Positions 1 through 13,005 of a stretch of DNA of 64,000 bases are shown here, one piece after another. This DNA comes from Octopus vulgaris. Its lineage: Eukaryota. Under the pieces are notes generated by a model. It ran no database searches, was not told the origin of the DNA, and worked only from the letters and a program-made list of their open reading frames with translations. Position 1 is the first letter of the stretch. Each line of letters begins with the position of its first letter. The stretch spans positions 26,288,001 through 26,352,000 of the forward strand of contig OX597821.1 in the NCBI GenBank assembly GCA_951406725.2, read 5' to 3'. The position numbers and the translations under genes were made by a program.

Positions 1-98
1 GCCTTCTTAGCCAACAAGCAAAAAATATTTATCCACCAATGCGGTGTTGAGCACTCATTCGATATTAGCATACTATGTGTGTGTTTGCGCGCGTGTAT

Positions 99-142
<44 letters not shown>

Positions 143-232
143 ATGATATGTAAAAAGTTAAAGGTTACGACCTCCTTCGGTCATGAATATAGCGAGGCCC
201 GGAGGAAGATACATTGGGTAACACTTGTAAAA

Positions 233-555
233 AAGGTAAAGGTCCCCTTCGGTCGTGAATGACCATGGGATTTTACCTAGAAAATTCCCCTCTGAGGCGC
301 AAGTCCGGGCAAGATTGTTTGTGGAAGACCAACAATCGCCCATGCATACCAGCTTCCTGTCTTCACGACACCGATGTTATCCTAAGGCCGATACATCTTG
401 CCACCAGTCACATCGTAAATCATTTCTACAGCTGAGTTCACTCAGGAGAAACGTGAAATAAAGTGTCTTGCTCAAGAACTCAACACACAGCCCGGTCGTT
501 GAATCGAACTCACTACCTCATGATTGTGAACTTGATACCCTAACCACTGAGCAGC
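233..555 (-). mobile_element. tRNA-derived SINE (family C head, alternative tail)
   Basis: Reverse complement shows CTCAGTGGTTAGG box A, GAGTTCGATTC box B and a TTGAGCAAGACACTTTATTTCACGTT core. Homologous to 42510-42813. Confidence 0.75.
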
Positions 556-570
556 ATGTGTGTGTGTGTA

Positions 571-1478
571 TGTTGGGTCAGCCCATAAATAATGTTTTTG
601 TTTTTCAATTGCATGAACGATAAGTCGGAGGGGGACGGGATAAACTACTTGCATCGACTTTTACCTTGTCTTTATTCTTAGTGCAAGTTTTGAAGAGTGC
701 AGTTTGATTTAAACAGTTATTTTTTCAAAGCTGTAATGGAAATGACAAAGGAGCATACTCGACATGTTTTGCGTTATGATCTCAATAAAGGCAACAATGC
801 AACGGAAAGTGCGATGAATATTAATGCATTATATGAAGATCGGACAATAAGCATAAGCCAGTGTCAACGGTTGTTCCGGAATTCAGAGCTGGAAACTACA
901 GCCTAGAAGACGAGCCTCGTCTTGAAAAATTTGTAGTGCTCGACGAGGACGTCCTGCAAACCCTGGTGGAGTAAAATCCCATCGTAACTGTTGAGGAACT
1001 GGCAGAGAAGCTTGGATTTGGTCATTCAACCATTCATCGACACCTGCGCCAGAACAAAGACGACCATCTTTGGTTTCAAGACGAAAGGTGTTCTTCGATC
1101 AGGATAATACTCGGCCACATACAGCGTGGATGACATTCCAAAGGCTGGAGCAGTTTGAATGGAAAACGATGCCCCACCCACCATATACGCCGGATAATCC
1201 CCCAAATGATTATCATTTAGTCCGCAGTCTTCAAAATCATTTGGACGGAAAAAAATATGAATTCTGTTGACGAGGTCAGAACATTACTAGAGAAGTATTT
1301 TTCGTCACGGGCATGTGAATTTTGGAAGAGGGGCCTTGCAAGTCTACCAGATAGATGGAAGAGCATTGTAGAAAATGAAGGAGAGTATATTTTAGATTAG
1401 AAAAGAACCTTGTTTATTTTAAATTTGCAAAATAAAAGAAGTATTAAAAAACCGCACTATTTATGGGACGTCGCAATA
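571..1478 (+). mobile_element. Internally deleted mariner (DD34D) transposon, transposase pseudogene
   Basis: Imperfect TIRs TTGGGTCAGCCCATAAATAATG / CACTATTTATGGGACGTCGCAA in a TA context. N-terminal HTH MEMTKEHTRHVLRYDLNKG; catalytic QDNTRPH and HPPYTPDNPPNDYHL. The WVPHEL region is missing. Confidence 0.9.
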
Positions 1479-1527
1479 TATATATATAAAATACAATATA
1501 TATAAAATACAAAATGGGACATGAACG

Positions 1528-1583
<56 letters not shown>

Positions 1584-2385
1584 CTAGATTGCCCGTGACC
1601 CGTTGGGTCACTGAGAAACTCTGACTTTCGCAGCAACAGAGTTTTGCTTCGTGGGTTGGAATGATTTGGCTGGTATTTCTTACACGCCCTGCTGTCACAT
1701 AACAGGTATTTTGGGTCCTTTATCGCAAATAGCTGTTATGTGGTAGCAGGGCGTGCTAGAAGATGCGGCTAAATATTTGGAGGGGAGATACGTTGAATGC
1801 ACTCGAAAAAAATCTGTTTCACACTGAGGTTACGAACGGGTCTTTTACGAAATGTCTACCGTATTTTTAAAGTCATTTTCACTTTAAAATATTTTTTAAA
1901 TATGCCAAGAGGAATTTTTGTAATGGTATTCACTTGAAAATAATTTTAAAAACATAAAAATATTGTCTGTTTAAAGAAAGCTAAAGATACATACTTCCTG
2001 TACAAACAGCTTACATTTTTTAAATCACATTCACTTAAAAATATTTGCAAATGACTGAAATATTGTGTTTAACAAAAAACGAAAATAGAAATTATAAGAA
2101 GAAAATCGTTTTTTTTTCGTTGTTAATTCGCTGTCTAATAGAAAGATAAGAGTTTCTTTCCTTTCAGGATGAAGATTATTTTCGGAACATTTTCCCATTA
2201 CGCACCATTTTGGGTGTTTATACCCTGAAAATCTATAATATCTTGAAAACTACATTACCGATTTACGCCAAACTTGATTCATTGGATTCGTATTAACATT
2301 TCAGGGTAAACTTATATGCCACTTTCGCTGATTAACATTACAAGCAAGCAAGCAAGATTGAAACTGACTTTTAATATATTACAGA
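1584..2385 (-). mobile_element. Non-autonomous Helitron-like element
   Basis: Minus strand starts TCTGTAATATATTAAAA and ends with a perfect hairpin GTGACCC-AAC-GGGTCAC, 7 nt, then CTAG. The internal extent is inferred. Confidence 0.55.
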
Positions 2386-2387
2386 CA

Positions 2388-2415
2388 CTAGCAGAAAGAC
2401 CACCCTCCGGGCGGT
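2388..2415 (-). mobile_element. 3' terminus of a second Helitron-like element
   Basis: CTAG at 2388-2391 with a nearby imperfect hairpin ACCACCC-TCC-GGGCGGT. Confidence 0.4.
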
Positions 2416-3034
2416 TTTCTGCTATCCCCTTGATAATATTTTCACATCTGATTCCCAATTCTAATAATTTTTATATGTTACATCTATTTATTTCTTTGTA
2501 TAATAGTGCTCACTCGCTTAGTAAGTATTGCTTTCATTATTTTATCAGAGTCATAATCTCCTTTTTTTAAACAAACATCACGGTAGTCCAACATAAAAGG
2601 GAGAAGCAGTTTGTCAAGTTTTACCTTCCTCTCAAAGCAAGATAGAGATTTCAGTTGACCAGCCCTTCTGTAAGCTTTGCTGTGTGTGTGTGTGTGAGAG
2701 AGAGAGAGGGGGGAGAGAACATTGCAAACAGATGTATATGCCCTCGATTTTGTTGCCTTACGACATCCAGAAAAATAGATACTTTTTAACAAAATTTTCT
2801 ACAAATACTGGTTAGATGTTGTGGCTTCAGAGTATATAGGGATTTATGAAAAAGAATTTTTCCGAGGGGGTGGAGTGAGGAGTTTTGGAAAATTCACACG
2901 ATCTGACTTTGTTCCCTCATAACTTTCAGGCTGATGTGTATCTTTTAATGAAAGTTTATACAAATCCCTTTCAACCGGCATAGATTACGATTATGAAGAA
3001 ATTTGTGGGGAAATTTTTTTCAGGGATTTTCCTT

Positions 3035-3292
3035 GACGGAAAAATTGTGACCAACAGTGACACCGGGGAACTCCCTTAATGCATTTGTGGTGATCCAGTC
3101 GATGGCGTAATTGAAAAGAGTCGGCGAAAGAATACATCCTTGCCGAACACCAGACCATATTTCGAAAGATTCCGACACTTCACCGTACACGCGTACGCGG
3201 GATCTTGTTGAGCGGTAATAAGCTTTGATAAGATCGAGTTGTTTAGGTGGGATACCATCTGCTTGCATGACCTTCCAGAGGGTGTCACGATC
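3035..3292 (-). pseudogene. RTE-clade LINE reverse transcriptase fragment
   Basis: DRDTLWKVM..GIPPK..LIKAYY...GVRQGCILSPTLFNYAIDWI. Confidence 0.85.
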
Positions 3293-3900
3293 CAAAAACT
3301 TACAATATTTAATCATATCCAAAACTACGTGCCCCTAAAATTTGGACTAAATTTTTACATGTTAGACCACTGGAAGTGTAAATTTTAATTAATATTCATT
3401 TCCCTTTGATATGATTAAATATTGCAAGTTTTTGGATAATTTTTGGTTTTTAAAAGTTGGCATTTTTTATTGCTGGCGAAGGGCTGCGGCTGCGCAGTAG
3501 ATTTTGAAAAAGTTAGGATATATAAACAAGGGCACGTAGTTTGATCTCCTCGTGTTTATATGATTAACCCTAGGTGTTCCTGCTGAAGACGATTTCACCT
3601 GGCGAGTGTAGATGTTTTTCATTCACTTGCTAGACTAAAATCAGAAACCGATTTGGTCTAGGAAACTAGATAGTAAAATGTTTTTATTTTTCATTTTGTT
3701 CCTGTCGAATTTTACCCCTAATTTTGTGGTTATAGAACCTAGCTGTTCTTTCTAGCGTGTTGAATCATATGAGTGGATTCCTTATGTGTTTAAACGTACA
3801 CTGTATCTTATGACTAATACATAGTCTTTTGGACTAAATTTTTACACGTTAGACCACTGGAAGTGTAAATTTTAATTAATTTCCATTTCCCTTTGATATG

Positions 3901-3904
<4 letters not shown>
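3290..3904 (+). mobile_element. Solo Penelope-like pLTR / retrozyme-like unit
   Basis: 77-bp direct repeat 3341-3417 / 3828-3904. Inverted copies at the 5' end (3290-3323 = rc of 3405-3437; 3322-3334 = rc of 3530-3542). Contains an HHR and abuts (TA)n. Confidence 0.7.
3577..3664 (+). ncRNA. Type I hammerhead ribozyme
   Basis: ttcctg CTGAAGA c-gattt..ctggcgagtg..cacttgctag..aaatc-a GAAA cc-gattt-gg TC taggaa. Confidence 0.75.
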
Positions 3905-3981
<77 letters not shown>

Positions 3982-4154
3982 TTATGTTCGTCCCCCTACC
4001 ATCGGTCTAGATTATTTTATGTCTACGTAACTTAGCGTTCAACACAAGAGACCGTCAGACACCTAAGAAAATATGAGTACTAAGGTTGGTTTCTTCAAGT
4101 AACCCCAGACAGAAAATAGGCTGTTTTTACTTCAAATGTTTATAAATTTTTACT

Positions 4155-4189
4155 GATATTTGATGAGATATATCGAAACCGGTAATATT
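4155..4189 (+). ncRNA. Minimal type I hammerhead motif (U3.G8)
   Basis: gatat TTGATGA gat-at-atc GAAA ccgg TA atatt, with palindromic ACCGGT helix III. Confidence 0.55.
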
Positions 4190-4990
4190 TTCTGAACCCG
4201 GAACCATGTGGCTGGGAAGCAAGCTTCTTTATCTCATTAAATTTGCCACAAGGGCAGCACACAGAGAGAAGCTTGAGGGCTAGACAGAGACATTAATGGG
4301 ATGAATGATGATGATATATGGATGATAAGGATGGGAGAAGACGAAAAGCGCCCGCCGACTTTCGCTTCTCTAAAACATTGTTCTTTTTTTCTTTTTTTTT
4401 TTAAAAAACACAATGAGGCAATAAACCTCTTACACAGTTCAAAATTAAAAATAAAACACAAACACGAGGCAATAATCCTCTCACTTTTTTACATTTTTAG
4501 TCTCTTTTTGAGGTAATACACCTCTTCAATTTTTCCGCCCGGCCAGGCTCCTCGCTTCATCGAAGCACCTGGTCCGTTCCGAACTTAAAGGTTTCAGCAT
4601 AAATCTGACGGAGTCTTTCGGGAAGGAGTTCGTTAACTTCCAAAGATCGTTCTCCCATATGACCTCCGCAGCCACCTCCGAAGGCCACTCAGGGTCCTCC
4701 GTGTAGGACAGAAGCCCCTCCCACCGACACTTCCTTTCAATTTTTTGGATTTCATTTTGCAAGGTTCCTCCCTTGTGGAAGAGGACCAAAAATTCCTCCT
4801 CCAGCAGCACACTCGCCAAAGGAGAATCGGGACACGCCGTCAGCGTGTCACAACCTGCCGGCAATGTCCCGTTTTTCTTTTTTCTTTTCTTTTTTCCCTT
4901 GGGCTGCAGGAGGGTGGTGTTCCCTTGCTTTACTCTTTATTCTTCTATTTTATTCCTTATAAACTGTAAATTTTCCCCCGTCATAACCTG

Positions 4991-5066
4991 GTCTCTGATG
5001 ACGGAATACCTAGAGCATGGACATGCTAACCTACCACTTGGGTTATCCCAGGAACAGCAGTAAGAC
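4991..5066 (+). ncRNA. Type I hammerhead motif, probably inactivated (GAAA to GGAA)
   Basis: gtct CTGATGA cggaatacctag...ttgggttatccca GGAA cagcag TA agac. Confidence 0.5.
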
Positions 5067-5155
5067 TTCAAATTAAATTATTCTAAATGACTTGAGATAC
5101 CCGTTCTGCCTTGGTTTTGATTTTTTCCTCTAATACACACACACACAAACATATC

Positions 5156-5214
<59 letters not shown>

Positions 5215-5558
5215 TCGAGTTTGACTAATCTTGAAACGTACGTTCTCAAATAACCTTTGCATTTGATTTTTTAATGTTTCTACCCTCATACTTTCGTGAG
5301 TTGAATTGAACAAGCACTATTTGAGAGAGATTTTCTTTAAGTATTGGAAATAGTTTTTAAAAAGTTTTTTTTGGCTGCTATTTCTAATGAGTTCAGTATG
5401 CGGCAAGGTAATTTATTTTACTAAGCCCTTTTATATAATGTAATAATTTGAATTCGCCTTAAATGGTCCCTTTGCATACTGAACACTTGGTGAAATTGAT
5501 TAATTAATTAATTTTACCCTCAATTGTTGAAATATTAATTTTACCCTCAATTGTTGAA

Positions 5559-5589
<31 letters not shown>

Positions 5590-5608
5590 CATATATATAT
5601 ATATGTAT

Positions 5609-6800
5609 ATAAACTTAGATAAACTTAGATATGTTTCGACCAAAGATTGGTCCAGGTCAGGTTTAACTTAATAGCATCACCTGATATGATTATCTAAATC
5701 CTGTTTAAGTCAAGTTTTGTTTATGGTCCATTCAAGTAGTGAGTTTTTGTTGGGTGAGTTGTATCCAATTATGGGTGGCTTATCTGGTATTCCTTGAAGG
5801 AATCTATCCAAATTCCGTTTAAAGTTGATGGGATCCTTTTCCTCTTTGATTTCTTTCGGGACAATGTTAAATAGGGCAGGGCCTGTTGAGGAAAAGAAAT
5901 TATGTTGCAGTGTACATATATGCTGTGATCCTGAATTGAGCAGGGGACGTATGGCCCGTGGTCCCAGTCTTGGATGAACCTTGAAGCTAATGTTCAGGTC
6001 GTTTGGGCAAACTTAGCGGTATATTCTCCACATCGTACAAATGATGTACCGCTCACGGCGGCGCTGGAGAGAGTAGAGTTTCAAGGCTTTAAGGCGGTCC
6101 CAATAATCGAGAGCAGCCATGCCTTCAATTCGTTTAGTGAGTGCCCTCTGGGGTGATTCAATCCTCGAGATGTTTTGTCTTGTATGGGGAGACCACAGTG
6201 GGCAACAGTATTCGAGGTATGGCCGTACAAAGGAGGAGAAAAGTGGCATGATGATACCTTGTTCTCTGGACCGGAAGGTTCTTAAGATCCAGGAACTCAT
6301 CCTACGAGCTATATCGTCCTTATTGTTGATGTGGGCACTCCAACTGAGATTGTCATCAACAATTACGCCCAGGTCTCTGATATTGTTAGAGGTCGTGAGC
6401 GGTTCCTCTGAAGGAAGAGAGTATGGCTGTTTTAGTGTGGACTTTCTTCCAAAATGCATCAGCTCAAATTTTCCCTCGTTCAGTTGCATTTTGTTTCTGT
6501 CTGCCCATTGACTCACAGCATATAGATCAGACTGGAGTTGAGTTCGATCTGCTTCTTCATTGATGATTTGCTGGAGCTTAGTGTCATCAGCAAATATTTT
6601 CACTTTGCAGTAATGTACGACACTGGAAAGGTCGTTTATATAAATTATAAAGAAGAGCGGGCCCAAGACAGTCCCCTGGGGGACACCGCTGGTGACTTTT
6701 GCTGGGCTTGAGTGGACTCTATCGACTACAACACGTGTTCTATTCGCCAGGAAATACTTAATCCAGTGTAGAAGTTTTCCACGGATTCCAACATTTGCCA
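5609..6800 (-). mobile_element. 5'-truncated CR1/L2/Jockey-group LINE (RT C-terminus and 3' UTR)
   Basis: SGVPQGTVLGPLFFIIYINDL, IFADDTKL, RDLGVIVD, LEYCCPLWSP. 3' stem-loop GACC-AATCTTT-GGTC-GAAAC and an (ATCTAAGTTT)2 tail. Confidence 0.9.
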
Positions 6801-6898
6801 AGGGAGAGTTTACGAAAAAAAAAAAAAAAAAATGACGAAGACAGGTGATGTACAAAACAAACAGATGCATTAGTATAACTCTCAGGAATAGAAAAAGT

Positions 6899-6934
6899 CT
6901 TTTACGTTTCGAGCCTACGCTCTTCTACAGAAAG
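6899..6934 (-). ncRNA. Minimal hammerhead-like motif, variant core CUGUAGA
   Basis: cttt CTGTAGA a gagc-gtag-gctc GAAA cg TA aaag. 40 nt are identical to 63961-64000. Confidence 0.6.
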
Positions 6935-7105
6935 GGACACAGCAAAAACAAGAAGAGAAACAAGGAGAGAAAAAAATGTGTGTAGTGGCTAACGATCTAT
7001 CATATAGGCAGATATATACTTACATAGAGAAACACGCACAGTTACACCTTACAGATAAGTACGTGTATATAGAAACCCGCACACACACATGCGCACATAC
7101 GCACA

Positions 7106-7161
<56 letters not shown>

Positions 7162-7590
7162 GGTGGGTAGGCAGACAAAGAAATAGTTACTATTTGTAGC
7201 TAGGCCACATTACTGTCAGCATGTGGAAACTCAACCAATAACTTATATATATTGTTACGTCTAATACACATACACTACTGTCTACTGCCAACTTTATAAA
7301 GTTGTACGTAAGAGTAGACGGTGCATGTTTAACCGAGATGTACGTCTACAAAAATATGCGCACACACTCGTACAGTAATATATAATCATTCTAGCCAACG
7401 AGGACGTCGACGGGGTCGTTGACCTGTAAGAAATAGTAGCAAAATCTCCCTAAAATCTGTTTCGTATATATTTTATTTGATAAATACCTCTTTAAAAAAG
7501 AAGTTGGGATTAGGGTGCTCCTAAGTGAAATGATTACTTTTGGTCACAGGTCTTGCGCCGAATCAGGACTTTTCCTGGGACGGAACGCCT

Positions 7591-7641
<51 letters not shown>

Positions 7642-7749
7642 ACACGCACATGCACACACAGATGCACACACATACGCTCGCGCACACACACACACACATC
7701 CACATTCATCACACATATATCATGTGTGTGTATGTGTGTTGTCTATCTT

Positions 7750-8470
7750 TGCTTTGCTAGTTCAATCAATTGTCTGCGGCCAAGCTGGGGCACTATCTTG
7801 AAGAATTTTAGTAAAAAAAAACAAAAAAAAAACGGCCCCACGACATATTTTATTACATAGTTTGGTACTTATTCTATCGATCCCATTTGCCGAACGCTAC
7901 GTTACAGCGACATAAAGAAACATACTGCGATTGTAGTGCGGTACAAACACACACACACACACACACATACACAGGTGTGTATGTATGTATGTATGTATGT
8001 ATATATATATGTACACACGCGACGGGCTTCTTTCAGTTTCCGTCTACCAAATACATTCACAAGGCTTTGGTCGGCCCGCAGCTATAGTAGAAGACAGGTG
8101 GGAATGAACCCGGAACCATGTGGTTGGGGAGCAAGCTTCTTGCCACACCCACCCACGCACACATATCTGTGTGTGTGTGTGTGTAATATATCTTTTACCT
8201 TTTACTTGTTTCAGTCATTGGACAGCAGCCAGTAAATATTTTTTAAATATTGGTACTTATTCTATCAGTCTCTTTTGCCCAAATGCTAATTCATGGAGAC
8301 GTAAACAAACCAAGATCGGTCGTGAAGTGGTGCTGGTGGGACAAACACAAAGACACACACACACACACAAGTATACACGCTCACACACATGTATACATAT
8401 AGAAGACGCCCAAGGAGCAGTGTAGTGGGAGTGAACCTAAAGCCACGTGGCTGGGAAACAAACTTCGAAC
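7750..8470 (-). mobile_element. Two degraded copies of SINE family E (internal CA/TA microsatellite)
   Basis: ACGACGGGCTTCTTTCAGTTTCCGTCTACC and GGTACTTATTCTATC blocks shared with 26670-27113. Confidence 0.65.
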
Positions 8471-8479
8471 CACACAACC

Positions 8480-9068
8480 ACAAACGCACACACAGACACA
8501 CGTACACACACACACACACACACGCGCGCGTGTACATATGTATTCGTGTATAAACACCAACGTCTATTCACTACACACGCACCACACACATGTATACATT
8601 CACACACATACATTCGAATATGCACATACAGAGACATACACACACAGATGTATACTCATACATGTGTACCAATGTGAGCGCTGTGTGTGTGCGTGTGTGT
8701 GTGTGTGCGTGTATGTGTGTGTGTGAGTGTGTGTGTGTGTGAGTGTGTGTGTGCGTGTATGTGTGTGAGTGTGTTTGTGTGTGTGTGTGCGTGTGCGTGT
8801 ATGTGTGTGCGTGTGAGTGTGCGTGAGTGAGTGTGTGTGTGCGTGTATATGTGTGTGTGTGAGTGTGTGTGCGTGGATGTGTGTGTGTGAGTGTGTGTAT
8901 GTGTGTGTGTTTGTGTGTGTGTGTGTTGTGTGCGTGTGTTTGTCTGCACGCCTATATGTGCGTACGTGTATTATGAGCGCGTATTTTCGTGTGCAAATAA
9001 TGTTACCATGTGTGTTTTGTATATCAACACATGCTAGTGAGTATTTGTGCGCGTGTGTGTATGTGTGT

Positions 9069-9125
<57 letters not shown>

Positions 9126-9500
9126 GTTCCATATGCAGGACGACCATAAATGCATTGTTACGTGCACCTCTGCATACATATGTATTCCTCCGTCGAACAA
9201 CTTAACATGACGTCTTGGCACCGAAACCAATCCAGATCAGTCCATTTTTGACATTGAGGGGTGAAATGTGTTGACAAACAACCCTCACCTTCTTTCTTCG
9301 TATAATGACTGTTTTATTGTTACCCTCGCAAGCGCTTCCACTCCATTCACTCTCATCCTCTCTCTGTCCGTCTGTCTGTCTGTCTCTCTTTCTAAGTTCT
9401 ACTCCACCCATTCCATAACCTATACTGTTCTAGATTTTTTCTCGCTCTCTCTCTACCCCTCTCTCTTTCTCTATCTCTCACCACCTTTTCTTTCTTTTTT

Positions 9501-9539
<39 letters not shown>

Positions 9540-9674
9540 GTTTTATCGCGTCTTCTCTCCCCTACTCTGTCTGCCTCACACCTATTTCCCTTCCTTTCTT
9601 TGGCCTTCTCTCTCTCCCCCTCTCATTCTATATATAGGTATATATTATAAGCGTGTATGTGTTATAAATATATT

Positions 9675-9705
<31 letters not shown>

Positions 9706-9723
9706 ATACATGTATACGTATAT

Positions 9724-9760
<37 letters not shown>

Positions 9761-9903
9761 GTATATATGTATATATATATATATGTGTATGTATATATAT
9801 ATATATGTGTATGTATATATATATATATATGTATATGTATATGTATATATGTATATATATATATGTATATATGTATATATGTATATATATATATATATAT
9901 ATG

Positions 9904-9952
<49 letters not shown>

Positions 9953-9977
9953 ATATGTATATATGTATATATATATG

Positions 9978-10008
<31 letters not shown>

Positions 10009-10091
10009 ATTGTGTATGTATGTAAGTATAGATATGTATTATATATATATATATATATATAAAAAACATGTGTGTATGTATGTAAGTATAG

Positions 10092-10130
<39 letters not shown>

Positions 10131-10152
10131 GTGTGTATGTATGTAAGTATAG

Positions 10153-10192
<40 letters not shown>

Positions 10193-10244
10193 ATATATAT
10201 ATGTATGTATATATATATACATGTGTGTATGTATGTAAGTATAG

Positions 10245-10294
<50 letters not shown>

Positions 10295-10344
10295 ATATAT
10301 ATATATGTATATATATATACATGTGTGTATGTATGTAAGTATAG

Positions 10345-10398
<54 letters not shown>

Positions 10399-10466
10399 AT
10401 ATATATGTATGTATATATAAATATGTTTCTGTACATATGTGATGTGTATGTGTGTGTGTCAATAAG

Positions 10467-10510
<44 letters not shown>

Positions 10511-10900
10511 CTCTCTCCTTGTCTTCTCCTCCCCCTCCTCGCTGTTCCCCGCCAACTACGTCATAAGTCTAAATCAGCAACCCCCTCCCTCCTTACTCCA
10601 CCAGGACAGATTTTTATCTTTTTTTTTTTCTCCGTTCACTTATCTACTTCTGGTTTATTCCGAAACTACTGCACACACGCACATACACATACACTCACAC
10701 ACACACACACACACACACGCACACACGCACACACACACACACACGTCATACACGTATACACATACAGACAAGCATACAAGCACGCATACACACCGCACAC
10801 CCACTGATACGTACTTACATGCACACGCATAAAACATACACACGTACGTGCGCGCGCACATCCATCCATTTATATAGAAATATACAGCTATAGACATACA
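8480..10900. repeat. Compound microsatellite field (CA/TG, CTTT, TA/TATG, CT)
   Basis: Direct reading; this is the source of many spurious HT/YI/CV ORFs. Confidence 0.9.
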
Positions 10901-11644
10901 CTCATCTCCGTACACCTACGCGCGTACAGACATATACACACATTTTCAGATACAAGCCTATGAAGAAACACCTACGTGGTCGCTCGATCTGCTAGATATA
11001 GCAACCAAATCACATTCTAATCACACTCGTCCTGAAAACAAGGAGGAATGATCACAGTTGGAACACTTTTGATGTTTCGTCTGCTCGATTACTTGTACCT
11101 AGGGCCAAAATAAACAACACACACACGCACACACACATACACACACTCACGAGCACAGCGAGACATCTACAATCACACACACAGACACACAATACTGCAC
11201 ACACAGAAAGATGTAAGTTGATTGTGTCAGGATGCAGACGGGAGCTAATTGTTTTTCCTTTACTCTACGATATATTCAGCCTAAAGGTTGAATATATTGT
11301 TGGTTATGAATTAGTTCAGTTGGAACAATAGCAGAAAACAAATTACAAAACCCGCCGAGGTCAACTTTTCTACATTCATATTCATTTGAAGATCGACCTG
11401 TATCCCGAAACGTCGGTTTTGTTTTCCATACTCCACAGCAACTGGATTTCAACAACAGAAGTTATACCTGGTTAATCGTAGAAATAGCTATCAAATTATC
11501 CTCAAATCAAAACCTGCCGTCATTAAAATGAAGTGGACAGATAAAATACCAATTTCTATACAATCACTCCTAAACGAAAAGAGGTGTGAGGTTCATGGTT
11601 GGAATGTCGACGGTCTGCTCAATCAGTGTTGGCAATAATAATAA

Positions 11645-13005
11645 TGAGTTGAATGCAGGAAACATGAGCTGAATGCAAGAAACAGGATCAATGCTTTAAC
11701 TATACCAGTCGTGACTTATAGTTACAATATCAATAACTGGTCAATTACTGAAATATGTAATCTTGACAGAAAAATACGAAAATGTTGACAGTGCATATAA
11801 TGCACCACCCTAAGGCGGATATAGAACGACTTTATCTGCTAAGAAAAGAGGGAGGCCATGGACTTTTACAACTGGAATTAACAATAAAGATTCCCACAAT
11901 AGGCCTAGCCACCTACCTGAAAAACTCTGATGACTGGATGTTAAAACTTGTCTCAAAACATGAAAACAAGAAAGCATCATACTCAATAACAAAACAGGCA
12001 AAGGAATATCTAAGTGAATTCCAAATACTAGAAACAAGCACAGAAAAAGCTAAGCGTATGAAAACCCGTGCTAAAACTGCTGCCTTAGATATTCTTACTG
12101 ATAAATGGCAAAAAAAAACTCTCAATGGCAAATAACTCAAGAGAGCTAATAGTGTCGATGTTGACAAAGCCCTTATCCATCAATAGCTTAAATTCAGAAA
12201 CAGAAGGGTTTATCATAGCAGCCCAAGATCAATGCCTTCCAACAAGAAACTACCAGGCCAACATATTAAAGAACGGCAGCTGCCCAACATGTCGTGTATG
12301 TCAACAACAAAATGAAGCCATTGATCATGTTGTCTCCATGTGCAGTCTTCTTGCACTTACAGAGTACCTCAACAGGCATGATAGAGCAGCACAAAATAAT
12401 CACTGGGTAATTTGCAAAAACCTGGACCTGCCCCATAAAATAATAAAAAAAACTGGTGGGAACACAAACCACCTCCAGTGCTTGAAAATGATCACATCTC
12501 ACTCTTATGAAACTTCACCATTCAAACTGACAGAAAGATAGATGTGAGTAGGCCAAACATTATATTAAAAGACTTCAGACAAAAATCATGCCTCCTCATT
12601 AATATGACTGTCCCAATCGATACAAATGTATGTCAAGATCTAACAAAAACTGAGCAAATATAAAGATCTTGAAATAGAAATTGGCAAAATGTGGAACCTT
12701 AAGACTAAAACAATACCTGTTGCCATAGGTGCCCTAGGAACGATAGCAAAAGGAGCTGATTGCTACCTAGCTCAGTAAAACTTCAAAAGATAGTGTTCAT
12801 GGGAACTTCCCGTATCCTACATAAAATACTGTCTATATAATCTCAAATTTTAAAACAAACTCATAACTTTCTTATGTTTTCTTAAACATTCTCTTGAATA
12901 ATACTATGTACAATACTAAATATATAACACTTAGGCATAACACCAACATGAACTAACTTGTTGTCTCTTGAAGTCTCTGGGTGAGATTTGGAGCCAACTT
13001 GTACA
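11645..13005 (+). mobile_element. 5'-truncated R4/Dong-like non-LTR retrotransposon (REL endonuclease), degraded
   Basis: HHPKADIERLYLLRKEGGHGL, ETEGFIIAAQDQ, CCHC knuckle CRVC..EAIDHVVSMC, RHD. Flanked by TAA repeats. Confidence 0.85.

Noticed and set aside
7515-10915. Many long ORFs rich in HT, YI, CV
   Set aside because: Translations of dinucleotide microsatellites.
11396-11418. acc..CCCGAAACGTC ggt, the 3' half of a hammerhead
   Set aside because: The CUGANGA half is absent; at best a deleted relic.
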